Assembly: GCF_000621645.1 (NCBI RefSeq)
Contig: NZ_KK211324.1
Coordinates: forward strand, 88,921-120,920
Reading direction: 5' to 3'
DNA: 32,000 nucleotides
DNA from: Vibrio cholerae ATCC 14035
GTDB taxonomy: Bacteria > Pseudomonadota > Gammaproteobacteria > Enterobacterales > Vibrionaceae
Shown: positions 28,945 to 32,000 of the stretch, one piece after another
Layout: each line of letters starts with the position of its first letter
Numbering within the stretch: the first letter of the stretch is position 1
Notes under the pieces: generated by a model
Told to the model about the DNA's origin: nothing
Databases searched by the model: none
Seen by the model: the letters and a program-made list of their open reading frames with translations, nothing else
Made by a program: the position numbers and the translations under genes

Positions 28945-29892
28945 ATGAGTCAAGATAAATACAGCAAACCTGAATTCTCCTTCTCTTTATTGCACCCAAA
29001 ATACTGGGGAGTCTGGCTTGGTTTTGGCCTACTCGCCCTACTGGTTAACCTGCTGCCTTATCCTGTGCTGCTAAAAATCGGCCGCAGTTTAGGCCAATTT
29101 TCGATGCGCTTTGGTAAAAAGCGTGTCCACATCGCCAGACGTAATCTGGAACTCGCCTTCCCAACCATGAGCCAAAGCGAGATCGATGCGTTTGTCTTGG
29201 AAAACTTCAAAAACACCGGTGCGGCTCTCATTGAAACTGGGATCACTTGGTTCTGGCCAACCTGGCGCTTTAAGCGCATTTTGATTGATAAAGATACCCA
29301 AGCCATTCGCCAACATGCACAAACAGGCAAAGGCGTTTTGCTGTGTTGCGTACATGCACTCAATCTGGAAATCACCGCGCGCGCGTTTGCTGTGCTAGGC
29401 ATCGGTGGCTATGGCGTGTATCGTCCGCACAGTAATCCTGCCTATGAGTTCATTCAGTACCGTGGTCGAACACGCAATGGCAATCAGCTTATCAACCGAA
29501 CCGATATTAAGCAGATGATCCGCGTGTTACGCCAAGGCGAGCGTCTGTTCTACCTGCCAGACCAAGACTATGGCCACAATAAGTCGGTGTTTGTGCCTTT
29601 CTTTGCGGTAGAAGAAGCTTGTACCACCACCGGCACCAGTATTTTGGCTTACACCAGCCACTGCGCGATTGTCATCGGCTCCGGTTTCCGTAACGCGCAA
29701 GGGCGTTATGAGATCATGGCTGATAAATCAATTGAAGCGGACTACCCACAAAAAGATGAAACCGCTGCCGCGGCTTACATGAATAAATTTGTCGAAGAGA
29801 TTATACTGCGCGCCCCCGAGCAATGGATGTGGCTGCACAAACGCTTCAAATCCTTGCCGGACTACGAACTGACCAACTCGCGCTATCAGTAA
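28945..29892 (+). CDS. lpxL: Lipid A biosynthesis late (secondary) acyltransferase, LpxL/HtrB type
   Basis: FSFSLLHPKYWGVWLG at the N-terminus, an HX4E active-site variant (VHALNLE), and YLPDQDYG. I prefer ATG 28945 to the GTG at 28936 that overlaps slmA. Confidence 0.8.
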   Translation: MSQDKYSKPEFSFSLLHPKYWGVWLGFGLLALLVNLLPYPVLLKIGRSLGQFSMRFGKKRVHIARRNLELAFPTMSQSEIDAFVLENFKNTGAALIETGITWFWPTWRFKRILIDKDTQAIRQHAQTGKGVLLCCVHALNLEITARAFAVLGIGGYGVYRPHSNPAYEFIQYRGRTRNGNQLINRTDIKQMIRVLRQGERLFYLPDQDYGHNKSVFVPFFAVEEACTTTGTSILAYTSHCAIVIGSGFRNAQGRYEIMADKSIEADYPQKDETAAAAYMNKFVEEIILRAPEQWMWLHKRFKSLPDYELTNSRYQ

Positions 29893-29902
29893 AGGTGAAT
29901 TT

Positions 29903-30880
29903 GTGAGCGATCAAGACAACGGCATTGCACGCCATCTACATAACCCGCAATTTGAGTGGCGCTTTCTGCACCCCAAACACTGGGGCACTTGGATTGGCAT
30001 CGCTTTCGCAGCACTGTTAGCCTTTATTCCTTGGCGCTTGCGTGATCGACTGGCGAAACCTTTGGTGCCACTCATCATCAAGAAAAATGGCCGCGTAGTA
30101 CGCCGCGCTCGGGTTAACCTCGCCTACTGTTTTCCAGAGAAAAGCGAGCAAGAGCGCGAGCAGATCCTGCACGATACGTTTGTGAAAGCCTCGCAGTTTA
30201 TGCTCGGTTATTCAGAGCTGTTGGTGCGCTCGACCCGCTACAACAACGCACGGGGCGAACTGATTGGCGAAGAGAACTTGCTGCCACTGCTGGATAGCGG
30301 TGAGCGCGTGATTTTGTTAGTCCCGCACTCTTGGGCCATTGATTACGCCGCCGTTATGCTGGCGGCTCGCGGCTACAAAGTCGCCAACATCATGAAACCG
30401 CAGCGCAACCCGATTGCCGATTGGCTGATGCACGTCCAACGTATGCAGTATGGTGGCCGTATTTTCACTCGTGAATCGGGCATCAAACCTTTCTTGCGTT
30501 CCATTCAATCCGGCTATGTTGGCTACTGGGTACCGGATGAAGATCACGGCCCGCAAAACTCCGTGTTTGTGCCGTTTTTTGCTACCGAAAAAGCCACGCT
30601 CAAAGGGTTTGGCAAAATGGCTAAGCTGTGCAAAGCACACGTGGTGCCTTTGATGTCATGCTACAACAGTGATTCAGGCCGTTATGAAGTGCACATTTTG
30701 CCTGCGCTGCAAAACTTCCCAACCGGCGATGAAGAAGCCGATGCACTGGCGATGAACCGTGCGATTGAAGCGCTGGTCACGCCACAGCCGGAGCAGTACA
30801 TGTGGAACTTGTCGTTGCTGAAAACTCAGCGTGATGGACGAGAGATTTACGACAACTCCCATCATGGCGATCAAAGCTAA
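29903..30880 (+). CDS. lpxN: Second lipid A late acyltransferase, LpxM/MsbB type. I recall it is called LpxN in V. cholerae.
   Basis: 325-aa ORF with a GTG start. It has FEWRFLHPKHWGTWIG, the HX4D motif (PHSWAIDY) and WVPDEDHG. It is a paralogue of the preceding gene. Confidence 0.7.
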   Translation: MSDQDNGIARHLHNPQFEWRFLHPKHWGTWIGIAFAALLAFIPWRLRDRLAKPLVPLIIKKNGRVVRRARVNLAYCFPEKSEQEREQILHDTFVKASQFMLGYSELLVRSTRYNNARGELIGEENLLPLLDSGERVILLVPHSWAIDYAAVMLAARGYKVANIMKPQRNPIADWLMHVQRMQYGGRIFTRESGIKPFLRSIQSGYVGYWVPDEDHGPQNSVFVPFFATEKATLKGFGKMAKLCKAHVVPLMSCYNSDSGRYEVHILPALQNFPTGDEEADALAMNRAIEALVTPQPEQYMWNLSLLKTQRDGREIYDNSHHGDQS

Positions 30881-30906
30881 GTGTTTTGTTCTTGAGCTTA
30901 ATGCTA

Positions 30907-30937
30907 GAAAAACAGCCTCATTTTGAGGCTGTTTTTT
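30907..30937. terminator. Bidirectional rho-independent terminator between the acyltransferase gene and pyrE
   Basis: gaaaaa-cagcctc-atttt-gaggctg-tttttt: a 7-bp stem flanked by an A-run on one side and a T-run on the other. Confidence 0.8.
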
Positions 30938-30965
30938 CGTTTTAGGCTTAGTTGGATGAATACGC

Positions 30966-31607
30966 TTAAATTCCGTACTGTGCACGATACGCTTTCACCG
31001 CCTCTAGATGCTCAGTGTTGTTACCTTGCTGTTCAAGATAGGTGATGAGATCGGTCAGGCTCACAATCGAAATCACCGCACAACCAAAATCACGTTCCAC
31101 TTCTTGAATCGCTGAGAGCTCGCCCTTGCCTTTCTCTTGGCGATCGATCGCCACTAGCACGCCGGCTAAATCAGCCTTGTTGGCTTGGATAAGCTCCATC
31201 GATTCACGAATTGCCGTACCAGCGGTGATCACATCATCCACCAACATCACGCGGCCTTCTAACTTGCTGCCCACTAGATTACCGCCTTCGCCGTGATTTT
31301 TGGCCTCTTTGCGGTTAAAGCAGTAAGGCGTATCCACATCGTGGTGATCCGCCAATGCGACTGCTGTGGTGGTAGCAATCGGAATGCCTTTGTAAGCAGG
31401 GCCAAACAGCACATCAAATTCAATACCTGAATCCACTAGCGCTGCCGCATAAAAACGGCCCAAGCGCGCTAAATCACGGCCAGCATTAAACAGACCAGCG
31501 TTAAAGAAATAAGGACTTTTACGGCCTGACTTCAAAGTAAATTCGCCAAACTTCAGCACCTGTTTTTCTAGGGCAAACTCAATAAATTCACGCTGGTAAG
31601 CTTTCAT
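30966..31607 (-). CDS. pyrE: Orotate phosphoribosyltransferase
   Basis: [41 protein letters not shown] and the PRPP loop [13 protein letters not shown] are nearly collinear with E. coli PyrE. I chose the second of two adjacent ATGs (31607) by homology. 31610 is also possible. Confidence 0.92.
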   Translation of the reverse strand: MKAYQREFIEFALEKQVLKFGEFTLKSGRKSPYFFNAGLFNAGRDLARLGRFYAAALVDSGIEFDVLFGPAYKGIPIATTTAVALADHHDVDTPYCFNRKEAKNHGEGGNLVGSKLEGRVMLVDDVITAGTAIRESMELIQANKADLAGVLVAIDRQEKGKGELSAIQEVERDFGCAVISIVSLTDLITYLEQQGNNTEHLEAVKAYRAQYGI

Positions 31608-31639
31608 CATTTCTCTCTCTTAACTCATACACTTGGACT

Positions 31640-31905
31640 TACTTCCTCCCCACAGGGAGAAATTCAAACATTGTTCCGTCTCTTTTTAGAAGAGGGGGTG
31701 GTGTTCTGTGCTCCCTCCCTTCTTGAGTAGGGTTGTCTTTTTCCCCTCCCCTTCTAGGGGAGGGTCAGGGTGGGGTTACCAGCAACAAACGCATCTGCTC
31801 GTGATCTACCCCCTCCCAACCTCCCCCTAAAAGGGGGAGGAGTTTTAAGGCTAGCACCCCTAAAAGAGCCATCACACTTAAGGCTAACTCCCCCTAGAAG
31901 GCGAT
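31640..31905. repeat. Array of degenerate C-tract/G-tract hairpin units
   Basis: Units read directly include ctccc-caca-gggag (about 31646-31659), ctctt-tttag-aagag (about 31680-31694), ccctcccc-ttcta-ggggaggg (31744-31764), cctccccc-taaaa-gggggagg (31820-31840), cccctaaaagag and ccccctagaagg. Confidence 0.75.
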
Positions 31906-31942
31906 GAGGATCAGGCATCGTCCAAAAAGGGATTTCCTAGGC

Positions 31943-31969
31943 AAAAAAATAGCCCCCAATTGGGAGCTA
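31943..31969 (-). terminator. Rho-independent terminator or attenuator upstream of pyrE (downstream of the presumed rph)
   Basis: The minus-strand RNA reads uagcuccc-aauu-gggggcua (8 bp including one G-U pair) followed by seven U. Confidence 0.7.
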
Positions 31970-31974
31970 CTTAA

Positions 31975-32000
31975 TCAATCTAACAACGATGCCTTCTGCA
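31975..32000 (-). CDS. rph: Possible last 8 codons of RNase PH; the rest lies beyond the window
   Basis: The minus strand reads ..QKASLLD-stop (TGA = complement of 31975-31977). This resembles the E. coli Rph C-terminus as I remember it (..QKAALAN), and rph-pyrE adjacency is conserved. The visible sequence is very short. Confidence 0.3.

Noticed and set aside
31636-31905. Possible CRISPR array
   Set aside because: The units are short (about 15-33 bp), degenerate and irregularly spaced, and they lack unique spacers of uniform length. No cas genes are nearby.

Overview
The window is a Vibrio-type LPS super-locus joined to a conserved housekeeping block. From memory it matches Vibrio cholerae chromosome 1, roughly the pyrE-to-gmd interval (VC0211 to VC0243 in N16961 numbering). 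I cannot verify that here.

Layout:
- 1-3748 (minus strand): a low-GC GDP-mannose/GDP-sugar set, manC-manB-gmd. gmd is truncated by the window edge and is missing from the ORF track. An ops/JUMPstart-like element lies in the leader of this set.
- 4190-21401: the core-oligosaccharide (wav/waa) cluster. It holds hldD/gmhD, a GT4-CE4 fusion, an acetyltransferase, waaL, waaF, three further GT9 genes, a GT32, waaA, kdkA and a GT2 (WaaE/LgtF-like). It also holds an unassigned HAD phosphatase, a nucleotidyltransferase-kinase fusion, a second nucleotidyltransferase and two WavE-family genes.
- 21512-32000: coaD, mutM, an orphan 160-aa gene, rpmG, rpmB, radC, an MCP, coaBC, slmA, two lipid A late acyltransferases, pyrE, and probably the last codons of rph.

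I saw no rRNA, tRNA, CRISPR array, IS element or integrase.

The most interesting points are:
- the uncharacterised activation/transfer module at 12985-17568;
- two sharply low-GC cassettes inside the core cluster (7073-8840 and 16609-17568);
- two short intergenic repeat families, including a roughly 270-bp C-tract/G-tract hairpin array upstream of pyrE.

I see no clear evidence of a wholly new system such as a defence island. The module at 12985-17568 is the best candidate for undescribed biochemistry.
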